NCBI GenBank assembly: GCA_035363155.1
Contig: DAOSEN010000002.1
Coordinates: forward strand, 209,700 to 273,699
Direction of reading: 5' to 3'
Origin: Candidatus Cloacimonadota bacterium
GTDB lineage: Bacteria > Cloacimonadota > Cloacimonadia > Cloacimonadales > Cloacimonadaceae
DNA length: 64,000 bases
The notes beneath the pieces were generated by a model. That model worked only from the letters and a program-made list of their open reading frames with translations. It was not told the origin of the DNA and ran no database searches. Shown here piece by piece: positions 7,617-16,716 of the stretch. Position numbers and translations under genes: made by a program. Every line of letters starts with the position of its first letter. The stretch's first letter is position 1.

Positions 7617-8537
7617 ATGCCCAAAGTACTGATTGCCACAGAAAAACCATTTGCCAAAGAAGCGGCCGCCAAGATCAAGGCGGAGCTTGAAGCCGCAAAA
7701 TACGACTACAGCTTTTTGGAATCCTACACTGATGTGAAGGATTTTCATGCGGCTGCGGCTGATGCCGATGCCATCATCATCCGTAGTGATATTGTTGATG
7801 AAGCCGTATTGGAAGCTGCAAAAAAGCTCAAGCTCGTGGTTCGGGCTGGAGCCGGATATGACAATGTGGATCTCAAGGCAGCCACTGCTCACAACGTGAT
7901 TGTGATGAACACTCCGGGGCAAAACTCCAATGCCGTGGCGGAACTTGCCATCGGAATGATGATCTACATGGCCCGGGGAAAATTCAATGGTAAAAGCGGC
8001 AGTGAGCTGTCCGGCAAGAAGATGGTGCTCTATGGTTATGGCTTTGTAGCCCGTTATGTGGCCAAAATGGCCAGGGGAATCGGCATGGAAGTCTATGCCT
8101 ATGATCCTTACCTCACCAATGAAATCATGAGCAAAGACGGGGTGAAACCGCTGGCCAAGGTGGAAGACATCTTCAAAACAGGTGACTATGTATCCCTCCA
8201 CATTCCCGCCAATGCCGAGACTAAGAAATCAATCAATTGGAGCTTGCTCTCCCTGCTGCCGGAAGGTGCCACCATCGTGAATACCGCCCGCAAGGAAGTG
8301 ATCGATGAAGACGCTTTACTCAAGGCATTTGCCGAGAAGAAAGGCTTCCGCTATGTAAGCGATGTGGCTCCGGACAATCTGGCCGTAATCAATGAACAAT
8401 TTGCCGATCGCATCTATTGCACACCCAAGAAAATGGGCGCTCAGACCGAAGAAGCCAATACCAATGCCGGTGTGGCTGCGGCAAAGCAGATCATTGCCTT
8501 CTTTGAGAAAGGCGACAAAACCTACAAAGTGAACTAA
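7617..8537 (+). CDS. D-isomer-specific 2-hydroxyacid dehydrogenase, probably a short D-3-phosphoglycerate dehydrogenase
   Basis: Motifs seen: GAGYDNVDL, NAD-binding GYGFVARYVAKMA and SLHIPANAET. There is no ACT domain (306 aa). Confidence 0.7.
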   Translation: MPKVLIATEKPFAKEAAAKIKAELEAAKYDYSFLESYTDVKDFHAAAADADAIIIRSDIVDEAVLEAAKKLKLVVRAGAGYDNVDLKAATAHNVIVMNTPGQNSNAVAELAIGMMIYMARGKFNGKSGSELSGKKMVLYGYGFVARYVAKMARGIGMEVYAYDPYLTNEIMSKDGVKPLAKVEDIFKTGDYVSLHIPANAETKKSINWSLLSLLPEGATIVNTARKEVIDEDALLKAFAEKKGFRYVSDVAPDNLAVINEQFADRIYCTPKKMGAQTEEANTNAGVAAAKQIIAFFEKGDKTYKVN

Positions 8538-8561
8538 GTAATAGCCCTATTGATCAGTGAG

Positions 8562-8592
8562 CCCTGGGTGCTTTGCCCGGGGTTCTTTTTTT
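8562..8592 (+). terminator. Intrinsic terminator after the dehydrogenase gene
   Basis: CCCTGGG-tgctttg-CCCGGGG (one G-U pair) followed by TTCTTTTTTT. Confidence 0.65.
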
Positions 8593-8692
8593 CCTCAGGT
8601 TGATTGATGCTGTTTGGTCATTCGTATAATATTGCTTTAGTTCAAGCGGCTGCAAGCCGCTTCCACTATCTCGACCTCCTGACTTTTTGTCC

Positions 8693-8720
8693 TTGACAGA
8701 TATTCGGGATCAAAATCTTG
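8693..8720 (+). promoter_or_regulatory. Putative promoter: TTGACA, 19 nt, TTG (GATCAAAATCTTG)
   Basis: The CCTTGACAGA...GATCAAAATCTTG element has its TTG 31 nt upstream of the rplU ATG. This is the same geometry as at 1623-1651. Confidence 0.4.
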
Positions 8721-8750
8721 TGTCTATTCAAGATATAATCTTAAGGAGAA

Positions 8751-9068
8751 ATGATGTACGCCATCGTAGATATCAAAGGATTTCAGTTTAGGGCTGAGAA
8801 AAACGCAGTACTTCGCGTTCCCTTGCTGAATACGGCAGAGCCTGGTCAGGCAGTAGAGTTTGACCGCGTCCTCCTGGTCCGTAAGGATGAAGAGATCGTA
8901 GTGGGCACTCCCGTAGTCGAAGGCGCCGCAATCGTTGCAGAAGTAATCGAACACGGCAAAGGCAAGAAAAAGGTAATCTATCATCACAAACGCCGCAAAG
9001 GCTATCGGGTGAAAAAGGGTTACCGTGAGCAATACACCAATATCAAAGTCACCGAGATTCGGGCGTAA
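8751..9068 (+). CDS. rplU: 50S ribosomal protein L21
   Basis: [17 protein letters not shown]...[25 protein letters not shown], preceded by AAGGAG. Confidence 0.95.
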   Translation: MMYAIVDIKGFQFRAEKNAVLRVPLLNTAEPGQAVEFDRVLLVRKDEEIVVGTPVVEGAAIVAEVIEHGKGKKKVIYHHKRRKGYRVKKGYREQYTNIKVTEIRA

Positions 9069-9079
9069 GGAAGGACACA

Positions 9080-9340
9080 ATGGCACATAAAAAAGGTGTT
9101 GGAAGTAGTCGTAACGGACGTGATAGCAATCCCAAATACCGCGGTGTAAAGAAGTATGGCAGTGAATTTGTTACCGCCGGAAACATCATCGTGCGCCAGA
9201 AAGGTACCAAGTTTCATGCCGGCGCCAATGTCGGTATCGGCAGAGATTTTACCATCTTCAGTTTGATTGATGGTTATGTGAAATTCACTACCAAAGCCGA
9301 AGGCAGAAAATACATCAGCGTTGAGCCGATCAGCGAATAA
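9080..9340 (+). CDS. rpmA: 50S ribosomal protein L27
   Basis: [27 protein letters not shown]...[13 protein letters not shown]. Confidence 0.95.
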   Translation: MAHKKGVGSSRNGRDSNPKYRGVKKYGSEFVTAGNIIVRQKGTKFHAGANVGIGRDFTIFSLIDGYVKFTTKAEGRKYISVEPISE

Positions 9341-9365
9341 GATTTGGTAAATGAATCAAGTTCAG

Positions 9366-9391
9366 GCGGGAGTATACTCCCGCTTTTTTTT
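9366..9391 (+). terminator. Intrinsic terminator after rpmA
   Basis: GCGGGAG-tata-CTCCCGC followed by TTTTTTTT. Confidence 0.85.
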
Positions 9392-9473
9392 GTATCACAC
9401 AATAGAGGATCACATGGCTTTTTTAAGCTTGACAAGATACTCAGGTAGATTTAGGTAAATTCAGGAGACAGAT

Positions 9474-10664
9474 ATGATCGAAGTAATTACTGAGAAATGT
9501 ATTGGATGCGGTGCCTGTATCAGGGCCTGTGCCTATGAAGCCATTACCATCGAAGCCAAACTGGCAGAAATAAATCCCGATAAATGCACCCTCTGCGGAG
9601 CCTGTGTGCAGGCTTGTCCCTTTGATGCCATCCTGATCCGCAAGAAAACCTCCGTAAGCGTGAACAAAGATGATTACCAGGGCATCTGGGTCTTTGCCGA
9701 GCAGCGGGAAGGGCAGATCGCCGGAGTCTCGTTCGAGCTCCTGGGCAAAGGCCGCGATCTTGCCGACCAGATGGGTTGTGAACTCTCAGCTATCCTTTTG
9801 GGAAGTGAACTGAATGGCATGGCCGAAGAACTTATCGCCTATGGTGCCGATCAGGTGATCCAGATTGACGATCCAGCCTTAAAGCATTTCCGGGACGAAC
9901 GCTATACCGAAGCGCTCAGCAAACTGGCAGAGAAGTACCATCCCGCCATCATTCTTGCCGGAGCCACTGTGATCGGCCGCAGCTTCATCCCCCGGGTAGC
10001 CATCAAGCTGCATACCGGCCTCACAGCAGACTGCACCGGCCTGGAGTATGATTCCGAAACAGGAAACCTCCTGCAGACCCGTCCTGCTTTTGGTGGCAAC
10101 ATCATGGCCACCATCATCACCGCCAATCACCGTCCTCAAATGGCCACAGTCCGCCATAAAGTAATGAACCCCATCCCTCGTGACGACTCCCGCAGTGGAA
10201 CCGTGATCAGGGAAGAATACCATTTTGAACTGGAAGAAGATGTAACCCAATACATAGGTTTTGAGAAAGAAAAGACCAATCTGATCAACATCACCGAAGC
10301 CAACGTCATCGTATCAGGCGGAAGAGGCATCAAGGATGCCAAAAACTTCACCCTGATCGAAGAACTGGCAGAGGCTCTGGATGGAGCCGTGGGTGCCTCC
10401 CGCGCCGCTGTGGATGCAGAGTGGATTGCCTACTCCCATCAAGTGGGGCAAACTGGCAAGACAGTGAAACCCAGCATCTACATCGCCGCAGGCATCTCCG
10501 GTGCGATCCAGCACCTGGCTGGCATGAGCTCCGCGGATTATATCGTTGCCATCAATAAAGACCCTGATGCACCTATCTTCAAAGTAGCTGATCTGGGTGT
10601 GGTAGGAGACCTGTTTGAGATAGTACCAAAGCTGGTAAAAAAGATAAAAGAAGTAAGAGCATGA
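9474..10664 (+). CDS. etfA: Electron-transfer flavoprotein alpha subunit (EtfA/FixB) with an N-terminal 2x[4Fe-4S] ferredoxin domain
   Basis: CIGCGACIRACAYEAI and CTLCGACVQACPFDAI at the N-terminus. The ETF-alpha core follows (VSGGRGI, SRAAVDAEW, QVGQTGKTVKP..YIAAGISGAIQHLAGM). Confidence 0.85.
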   Translation: MIEVITEKCIGCGACIRACAYEAITIEAKLAEINPDKCTLCGACVQACPFDAILIRKKTSVSVNKDDYQGIWVFAEQREGQIAGVSFELLGKGRDLADQMGCELSAILLGSELNGMAEELIAYGADQVIQIDDPALKHFRDERYTEALSKLAEKYHPAIILAGATVIGRSFIPRVAIKLHTGLTADCTGLEYDSETGNLLQTRPAFGGNIMATIITANHRPQMATVRHKVMNPIPRDDSRSGTVIREEYHFELEEDVTQYIGFEKEKTNLINITEANVIVSGGRGIKDAKNFTLIEELAEALDGAVGASRAAVDAEWIAYSHQVGQTGKTVKPSIYIAAGISGAIQHLAGMSSADYIVAINKDPDAPIFKVADLGVVGDLFEIVPKLVKKIKEVRA

Positions 10665-11860
10665 AAATCTCTGCTGAGATCGGCGTCATCACTCCGGACG
10701 AGGTTCGGGAAAATGTGGTGCTGACGCTGGGGCAGAGTGATGCTGGAGTAATGGAGATTCCTCACAGCATCGCCTACTGTCCGTTGATCAATTCCCATGA
10801 CCATCTGATTGGTAATTGGGTGCCCAAAGCCGGAGACAAGCGGCCTTATCCAAACTCCCATATCTGGGTGGAAGACATGAAGAATAGCTTCAGTTTCCAG
10901 GAGCGGAACAAGTATTGGATCAATGATGGCTCCTTCAGGCTGCATGAACCTCCAGCGCTGGATCTGGCCAAATTGGGTGCTTACAAGAGCCTGTTTTCAG
11001 GGTGTGGCATCGTGCATGACCACGCTCCCCTGCAAACCCAGGATTATTATGACGCCATGCCTATCAAGGTGCCAAACAACTATCGGCAATGTCATTCGAT
11101 CACACTGGGAAACTGGTGGGGCGGTGAGACTCCCGAAGAGGAAATGCGCCAGAGCGCTGGAAAAATGCCTTTCATCATCCATCTGGGCGAAGGAACCGAT
11201 AAGATTACGCGAGTGGAATTCAACGAACTCGACAAGTGGAACCTCCTGCAGCCCAATACACTGATGATCCACGGCATCGCCTTCAAGGATTATGAGATCA
11301 TGCAGATCGCCATGGTAAAAGCCAGCATCTGCTGGTGTCCTACCTCAAACTTCTTCCTGATCGGCGAGACCCTCAAGATCGATGCAGCCCTCAGGTGCCA
11401 TGCCAATGTGGTGATAGGGACTGATTCCACCATGAGCGGAGCTACAAACCTGATCGGAGAATTCACCCTGATCCGGGAGCATTTTCCCCATATCCCAATC
11501 CGGGAGCTGTATCGCATGGTTACCCAAAATGCCGTGAAAGCTCTGTATCTACCTCCTGTATATGGCAGTCTAAATCCTGAAAATACACAAAACTTACTCT
11601 TAACCGACGCCATCGAGAGCGATCCCTTTGAGAATCTCCTCGCTCTGGAACCCGCCCATATCAAACTCCTGGTCGTGGACGGCATTCCCCGCTATGGCGA
11701 AAGTGAATACTTCGAACTATTCGATGTGAAGGAAGGTGACTATTCCTTTTTCCGTACTGGCAACAAGGAGAAGTTCGTGATTGGTGATCCGATGGAGATC
11801 AATGAATCCATCGATGCTGCCTTGGGCTACCACAAAGACTTCCCGTATCTGCCATTTTGA
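10661..11860 (+). CDS. Metal-dependent amidohydrolase-superfamily protein
   Basis: The start overlaps the etfA stop (ATGA). It has the N-terminal INSHDHLIGNW metal-binding motif, then IHLGEG.. and VVIGTDS. Confidence 0.65.
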   Translation: MKISAEIGVITPDEVRENVVLTLGQSDAGVMEIPHSIAYCPLINSHDHLIGNWVPKAGDKRPYPNSHIWVEDMKNSFSFQERNKYWINDGSFRLHEPPALDLAKLGAYKSLFSGCGIVHDHAPLQTQDYYDAMPIKVPNNYRQCHSITLGNWWGGETPEEEMRQSAGKMPFIIHLGEGTDKITRVEFNELDKWNLLQPNTLMIHGIAFKDYEIMQIAMVKASICWCPTSNFFLIGETLKIDAALRCHANVVIGTDSTMSGATNLIGEFTLIREHFPHIPIRELYRMVTQNAVKALYLPPVYGSLNPENTQNLLLTDAIESDPFENLLALEPAHIKLLVVDGIPRYGESEYFELFDVKEGDYSFFRTGNKEKFVIGDPMEINESIDAALGYHKDFPYLPF

Positions 11861-11882
11861 TTTTGATTTTTGAGCACAAATC

Positions 11883-12506
11883 ATGATGATAGAAATCTGC
11901 GAGATCTTCTACAGCCTCCAGGGTGAATCCAGCTATAGCGGAAAACCCTGCATTTTCATCCGCCTGAGCGGTTGTAACCTGCGCTGCAGCTATTGTGACA
12001 CCCAGTATTCCTACGCCCCGGGAACTATGATGAGTATTGAATCCATCCTGCAAACCATCTCTGAGTTTCCGGCGCGCCTGGTGGAACTGACTGGAGGCGA
12101 ACCCCTCTGGCAGGAAGAATCCATAGCTCTGATGGAGGCTCTGCTACAGCGGGATTATACTGTGCTGCTGGAAACCAATGGTTCCCTTTGGATCGAAGAT
12201 GTACCTCAGGCAGTGGTCAAGATCCTTGATGTAAAAACTCCCGGCAGCGGCTGTGGTGATAGCTTCATGAAATGGAACCTGAAACAGCTAAGTGAACAGG
12301 ATGAACTGAAGTTTGTGCTCACCAGCCATGAAGACTACCGCTTCGCTCTGGATTTCATCAAGGAGCACAAGCTGGAAGGCCGGATCATTCACTTCTCACC
12401 TGTTACTTCTGTGCTTCCGGCGGAAACTCTGGCGCAATGGATGCTTGCTGATGCAGCCCCAGCCCGGCTGAGCCTGCAACTGCACAAAATCCTCAGCCTC
12501 CGCTGA
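11883..12506 (+). CDS. queE: 7-carboxy-7-deazaguanine synthase (radical SAM)
   Basis: EIFYSLQGESSYSGKPCIFIRLSGCNLRCSYCDT... and LTGGEPL, with a length of about 207 aa. Confidence 0.85.
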   Translation: MMIEICEIFYSLQGESSYSGKPCIFIRLSGCNLRCSYCDTQYSYAPGTMMSIESILQTISEFPARLVELTGGEPLWQEESIALMEALLQRDYTVLLETNGSLWIEDVPQAVVKILDVKTPGSGCGDSFMKWNLKQLSEQDELKFVLTSHEDYRFALDFIKEHKLEGRIIHFSPVTSVLPAETLAQWMLADAAPARLSLQLHKILSLR

Positions 12507-12699
12507 TCAGGTGGATCACTTTCACGTCTGCTCCATCGGGAATGGTGGTGCTAGCGTAATCCTTTTTGTGGACCAGATTGTCATCGATCTTCACCACCAG
12601 CATTTTGAAAGTGTAATTCATTAAGTTCAGCGCATCCTGTACCGTCATCCCCTCTTGCCAGGGCTTCTTGTGACCATTGATGGTAATCATATGTTTCAT
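12493..12699 (-). CDS. thiS: ThiS/MoaD-type sulfur-carrier protein
   Basis: 68 aa ending ...VKVIHLISGG (C-terminal Gly-Gly) with a beta-grasp-like pattern. Its 3' end overlaps the convergent queE by 14 nt. Confidence 0.7.
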   Translation of the reverse strand: MKHMITINGHKKPWQEGMTVQDALNLMNYTFKMLVVKIDDNLVHKKDYASTTIPDGADVKVIHLISGG

Positions 12700-13041
12700 T
12701 TCCTTAATATCTATATCACTGTCGCATGATTAGTTAACACCACAAATCATTAAGAAACATCCGCTATTTTTAGCATATAATAACTGGGTGCAGGATTAAT
12801 GTCCTAAGATGAGGCATAATCAGTCAAGTGAAACTTCTTTAGAGAGGTGAGATCCTCCCTCTTCCCTTGTGGGAGAGAGTTGTAGCAAGAGGCGCATCTC
12901 ACTATATTGCATATTTTAAAGTTTATTCTCTGTCTATCTGACTCATGCATCTTGGCAATGTTGTGTCACCCTCAGTGTCACCCTCAGCACCTCCACAGCA
13001 CCTTCAACCCCTGGGAAAGGGTTTCTCTCCTCTTTCTTACT

Positions 13042-13109
13042 CTTTATCTACTCTTAATCAAGCCTTAATCAAGTCTTAATAATTAAGGCTTGATTAAGGG
13101 TAGATAAAG
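13042..13109. repeat. Long near-perfect inverted repeat in a 640-bp AT-rich intergenic region
   Basis: CTTTATCTACTCTTAATCAAGCC (13042-13064) pairs with GGCTTGATTAAGGGTAGATAAAG (13087-13109) at 22 of 23 positions. TTAA/TTAA extends the stem. Confidence 0.7.
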
Positions 13110-13322
13110 GCTTGATCAACGCTCTGGAATAAGGAAGAAAAAATGGAGTTTCCTGATTTGAGTTGACATTCTAAGTCAGAAAAACAATTAAACTTATTGC
13201 AAGAAAAGCACTTAGCTATACGATTTCATTTAAACACTTAGTAATAAACAGGGTAATACATGTGGTAAGCCTTCAGTTGCGATAAACCAGGATATCAAAA
13301 ATGCCCCACTAGCATAATAGAA

Positions 13323-13352
13323 TTGACAAAAAAAACACAGTGCGATATCTTG
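13323..13352 (+). promoter_or_regulatory. Putative promoter: TTGACA, 21 nt, TTG (GCGATATCTTG)
   Basis: The TTG lies 33 nt upstream of the ATG at 13385, which has its own GGGGGA Shine-Dalgarno. Confidence 0.35.
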
Positions 13353-13384
13353 TGACAAAGTATATCAATCCCAAGGGGGATCCG

Positions 13385-14512
13385 ATGCAAGATGACGTAA
13401 TAAGCTATTTCTTACGCTTGGTTGCCATTGACAGTGAATCCGGTAATGAGCGGGGCATGATCGATGCCTTGAAATTGGATCTGGAAGATTTGGGGGCAGA
13501 TGTTCACGAAGACGACTGCAACCGCAAAACCGGAGGAAATGCCGGAAACCTCTATGCCTACATCCCAGGCAGAATCAACAAACCCCCGATTCTTTTCTGC
13601 GCCCATGTAGATACAGTTACGCCCGGAAAAGGCATCAAAGCCAGGATCAAAGGCGATAAGATCGTCTCGGATGGCACGACAGTCCTGGGTGGGGACGACA
13701 AATCGGGCATCGCTGAGATTATGATCGCCCTGAGAAGGATCAAACAGCGGATGAAAGACCATGCTCCGATCGAGATTCTCTTTACTGTGTCCGAAGAAAT
13801 TGGCTTATTGGGAGCAAAGGGTTTTGATAAAACCAAGCTCAAATCCGCCTTTGGCTATGCCCTGGATACACACAGAGTTGGCGAATTGGTCACTGGTGCT
13901 CCATCTCAATTAACCTGTGCCGTCACGTTCTTTGGCAAAGAGGCTCACGCTGGAGTAGAGCCGGAAAAAGGGCTCAACGCCATTCGCATCGCTGCTGAAG
14001 CGATCGCTGCCATGCCGATGGGACGCATCGATTTTGAGACCACATGCAATGTGGGCGTTATCAATGGTGGCAATTCCACCAATATCGTACCCAATACCGT
14101 CACCATCAAAGGCGAAGCCCGCAGCCACAATCCTCAGAAATTGGAACGGGTCAGCGGTGATATGAAAAAAGCGATTGATACCACTATTGCCCGCTATCAG
14201 GCAGAACATGCCCAGGCCAGAGCAGAATTCAACTGCAAACAAGAATATGCAGCTTTCAGCATCCAGGATTCGGCTGACGTGGTGCGTTGTGCCCAAACAG
14301 CCCTGCGCAAGCTTGATATACCTTTTACCACGGGCAAAGGTGGTGGTGGCAGCGATGCCAATATCCTCAATGAATTTGGCATTCCAACGATCATCACTGG
14401 CACGGGAATGGACAAGGTGCATACCGTGGATGAGTGCATAGAAATTGATCAACTTCGTCAGGGTACGGATTTTGTGGAAGAAGTGATCCGCACCTATTCC
14501 GAGGGCTTTTAG
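13385..14512 (+). CDS. M20-family metallopeptidase (PepT/DapE-like)
   Basis: Motifs seen: LFCAHVDTV, GGDDKSGIA and SEEIGLLGA. The start is moved from 13340 to the ATG at 13385, which has an SD and lies downstream of the putative promoter. The gene is immediately followed by dapB-dapF. Confidence 0.75.
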   Translation: MQDDVISYFLRLVAIDSESGNERGMIDALKLDLEDLGADVHEDDCNRKTGGNAGNLYAYIPGRINKPPILFCAHVDTVTPGKGIKARIKGDKIVSDGTTVLGGDDKSGIAEIMIALRRIKQRMKDHAPIEILFTVSEEIGLLGAKGFDKTKLKSAFGYALDTHRVGELVTGAPSQLTCAVTFFGKEAHAGVEPEKGLNAIRIAAEAIAAMPMGRIDFETTCNVGVINGGNSTNIVPNTVTIKGEARSHNPQKLERVSGDMKKAIDTTIARYQAEHAQARAEFNCKQEYAAFSIQDSADVVRCAQTALRKLDIPFTTGKGGGGSDANILNEFGIPTIITGTGMDKVHTVDECIEIDQLRQGTDFVEEVIRTYSEGF

Positions 14513-14513
14513 G

Positions 14514-15260
14514 ATGATCCGGATCTGTCTGGTGGGCTATGGCAAAATGGGCAGGATGCTGGCGCAAATGAGCCCTCAGAAGGCTTGCGAGGTAGTCAGC
14601 ATCATCGATCCCCTGGCCGAAGGCGCACATCGTGATATCACAGCAGCAGCGGTTGCTGAGGCGGATGTCTGCATAGATTTCAGCCATCCCTCGGCCGTCG
14701 TGCAAAACCTGAAAACTCTGATCAGTCTGAATAAAAACATCGTAGTGGGTACCACCGGATGGGGTGATGCCAAACAAGAGATCCTGGAAGCAGCCCGCAA
14801 AGCCGGGATTGGTATGATTTACGGGGCCAATTTCTCGCTGGGGATGAACCTCTTTTCCCGCATCCTGGAAGCGGCAGTTGAGATCGCTGACCACTTTGAT
14901 GAATATGATATTTACGGCTATGAAATGCATCATGCCCAAAAGGCTGACAGCCCTTCCGGTACCGCTATCGAACTGGCAAAACTGATCCTGGCTAACAGCA
15001 CCCGCAAGAAAACTGTGGTGTGGGATCGGCTGGATCGTAAACCTGAGCCTGAAGAGCTGCATTTTGCCAGCATCAGGGGTGGAAGCGTGCCCGGAACTCA
15101 CGGCGTAGGTTTTGATAGTGAAGCTGATACCATCGAGCTCATCCATAAGGTGCGTTCCCGCAGTACATTTGCCTCCGGTGCTCTGGTGGCAGCAAAATGG
15201 ATTGCCGGACGCCAGGGTGTATTCAGCATTCAGGAAGTAATTGCGGATATCCTATGCTGA
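14514..15260 (+). CDS. dapB: 4-hydroxy-tetrahydrodipicolinate reductase
   Basis: MIRICLVGYGKMGR..., VVGTTGW, ANFSLGMN, E.HH..K.DSPSGTA. Confidence 0.9.
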   Translation: MIRICLVGYGKMGRMLAQMSPQKACEVVSIIDPLAEGAHRDITAAAVAEADVCIDFSHPSAVVQNLKTLISLNKNIVVGTTGWGDAKQEILEAARKAGIGMIYGANFSLGMNLFSRILEAAVEIADHFDEYDIYGYEMHHAQKADSPSGTAIELAKLILANSTRKKTVVWDRLDRKPEPEELHFASIRGGSVPGTHGVGFDSEADTIELIHKVRSRSTFASGALVAAKWIAGRQGVFSIQEVIADILC

Positions 15261-16042
15261 TTCCCTTTATCAAGATGCAGGCCCAGGGCAATGACTTTGT
15301 GATCCTGAATGGATATGAATCCCCCGTACCCTCCCTGGCCATGTGCCATCTGGCGGAAAAGCTATGCTCCAGGCATTTCGGCGTGGGTGCAGATGGCTTG
15401 GTGATTCTTGAGCCTGGCGAAGGTGCCGATGCGCAAATGACAATATACAATTCTGATGGTTCCCGGGCTGCCATGTGCGGGAGCGCTCTGCGCTGCGTGT
15501 CTTTACTCGCCAGCCAGGCCACGGGACGTAAGAGCCTGACCATCAATACAGATTCTGGATTGAAGCGCGCCACTTGCGATCCTGAAACGCAGCATGTCTC
15601 TGTAAATCTTGGTACCCCCAGGATCCTCACAGAGACTATGTGTGTGGCTGGTTTTTGTGGTGATCTGGTGGATGTGGGAAACTTGCACTATGTGGTGTAT
15701 CGGGATCATTTGGACGATGATCCGCATCTGAAACATGGTAGCATGTTGGAGCATCACAAGGATTTTCCCACTACGGTGAACGTGCATTTTGCCCGCAGGA
15801 TGGCTGCTCAGGAGATTCAGATGAAGATCTGGGAAAACGCTTGCGGTGCTACTTTGGCATGTGGAACTGGTGCGGTGGCATCGGTTTGCAGCGGCATCCG
15901 CCAGGGTTTGTTAAGCTCTCCGGTAGTTGTGAATATGCCAGGTGGCAGAGTAGAAATCGAAGTTCTTGAGGGCACAGGTGCATACCTGCTGTCTGGAATA
16001 GTGGATATAGTCTTTTCCGGGGTTTATAAGTGGAAGATCTAG
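15254..16042 (+). CDS. dapF: Diaminopimelate epimerase
   Basis: MLIPFIKMQAQGNDFVIL, MTIYNSDGSRAAMCGSALRC and ACGTGAVAS (both catalytic Cys contexts). The start is taken at the internal ATG at 15254, overlapping the dapB stop by 7 nt. Confidence 0.9.
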   Translation: MLIPFIKMQAQGNDFVILNGYESPVPSLAMCHLAEKLCSRHFGVGADGLVILEPGEGADAQMTIYNSDGSRAAMCGSALRCVSLLASQATGRKSLTINTDSGLKRATCDPETQHVSVNLGTPRILTETMCVAGFCGDLVDVGNLHYVVYRDHLDDDPHLKHGSMLEHHKDFPTTVNVHFARRMAAQEIQMKIWENACGATLACGTGAVASVCSGIRQGLLSSPVVVNMPGGRVEIEVLEGTGAYLLSGIVDIVFSGVYKWKI

Positions 16043-16647
16043 GCAAATACCTGCTCTCGCGGCGGGAAGCTTTGGGGATTGATTACCAGCGAATCTGGGA
16101 CGACATCCGCATTCGGGAAGAACATATCCGGCTCCTGGAGACCAATCGCCTCTTTGAGATCGGTCCTTATGGCGTGGTAAAAGCCATTGTTTTCAATTAT
16201 GCCCGTTATCTTGAGGCTGATGTGAATGCGGTAATGGCAGAGCTGAAAGTAATGATGCCGGAGAATACCAAGAAAGAATTCATCCCGCAGCGCTTGGTGA
16301 AGGAAAAGAAGATCATGCTATCTACAAACTTCCTCTGGATGATCGGCATCATGATCTTTGTCGCCATTCTGGGCGGAATCCTTCTGCATTCCTATCGCCA
16401 GGGCTGGCTGAAAACCCCCAATTTCTTTGCCAAAGAAGCAGATAGCACCAAAGTGGAGACCCCTGTTGCCGAAGCAATGGAGCAAAAACCTGATAGCCTG
16501 CGGCTCAAGATGCGGATGCTGAGCGAGACCATACCCAAGACCAATACAGCTACCGATCTGGCAGGCAAGAAAGCAGTTCCTGCCGATACTACAGATTACA
16601 TCGGCAATATCATGGGCAATAGCCCTATGAATGTCCCCATCCACTGA
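16030..16647 (+). CDS. RodZ-like helix-turn-helix membrane protein
   Basis: An N-terminal HTH region (LGKYLLSRREALGIDYQRIWDDIRIREEHIRLLE) is followed by a single TM segment (FLWMIGIMIFVAILGGILL). It uses a GTG start overlapping dapF. Confidence 0.55.
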   Translation: MEDLGKYLLSRREALGIDYQRIWDDIRIREEHIRLLETNRLFEIGPYGVVKAIVFNYARYLEADVNAVMAELKVMMPENTKKEFIPQRLVKEKKIMLSTNFLWMIGIMIFVAILGGILLHSYRQGWLKTPNFFAKEADSTKVETPVAEAMEQKPDSLRLKMRMLSETIPKTNTATDLAGKKAVPADTTDYIGNIMGNSPMNVPIH

Positions 16648-16671
16648 TAAACAGGATTCATTGATATAAAT

Positions 16672-16699
16672 AAAAGCCGCATCGTGTGATGCGGCTTTG
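16672..16699. terminator. Bidirectional hairpin terminator between convergent genes
   Basis: AAGCCGCATC-gtgt-GATGCGGCTT, flanked by A-rich sequence on the left and T-rich sequence on the right. Confidence 0.75.
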
Positions 16700-16716
16700 T
16701 GGTATTTGGTCGTCTG

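Noticed and set aside
12700-12900. TPP (THI-box) riboswitch upstream of the ThiS-like gene
   Set aside because: I read the minus strand of this region. I could not find the conserved CUGAGA ... ACCUGAUCUGGAUAAUGCCAGCG elements. A covariance-model scan is needed to be sure.
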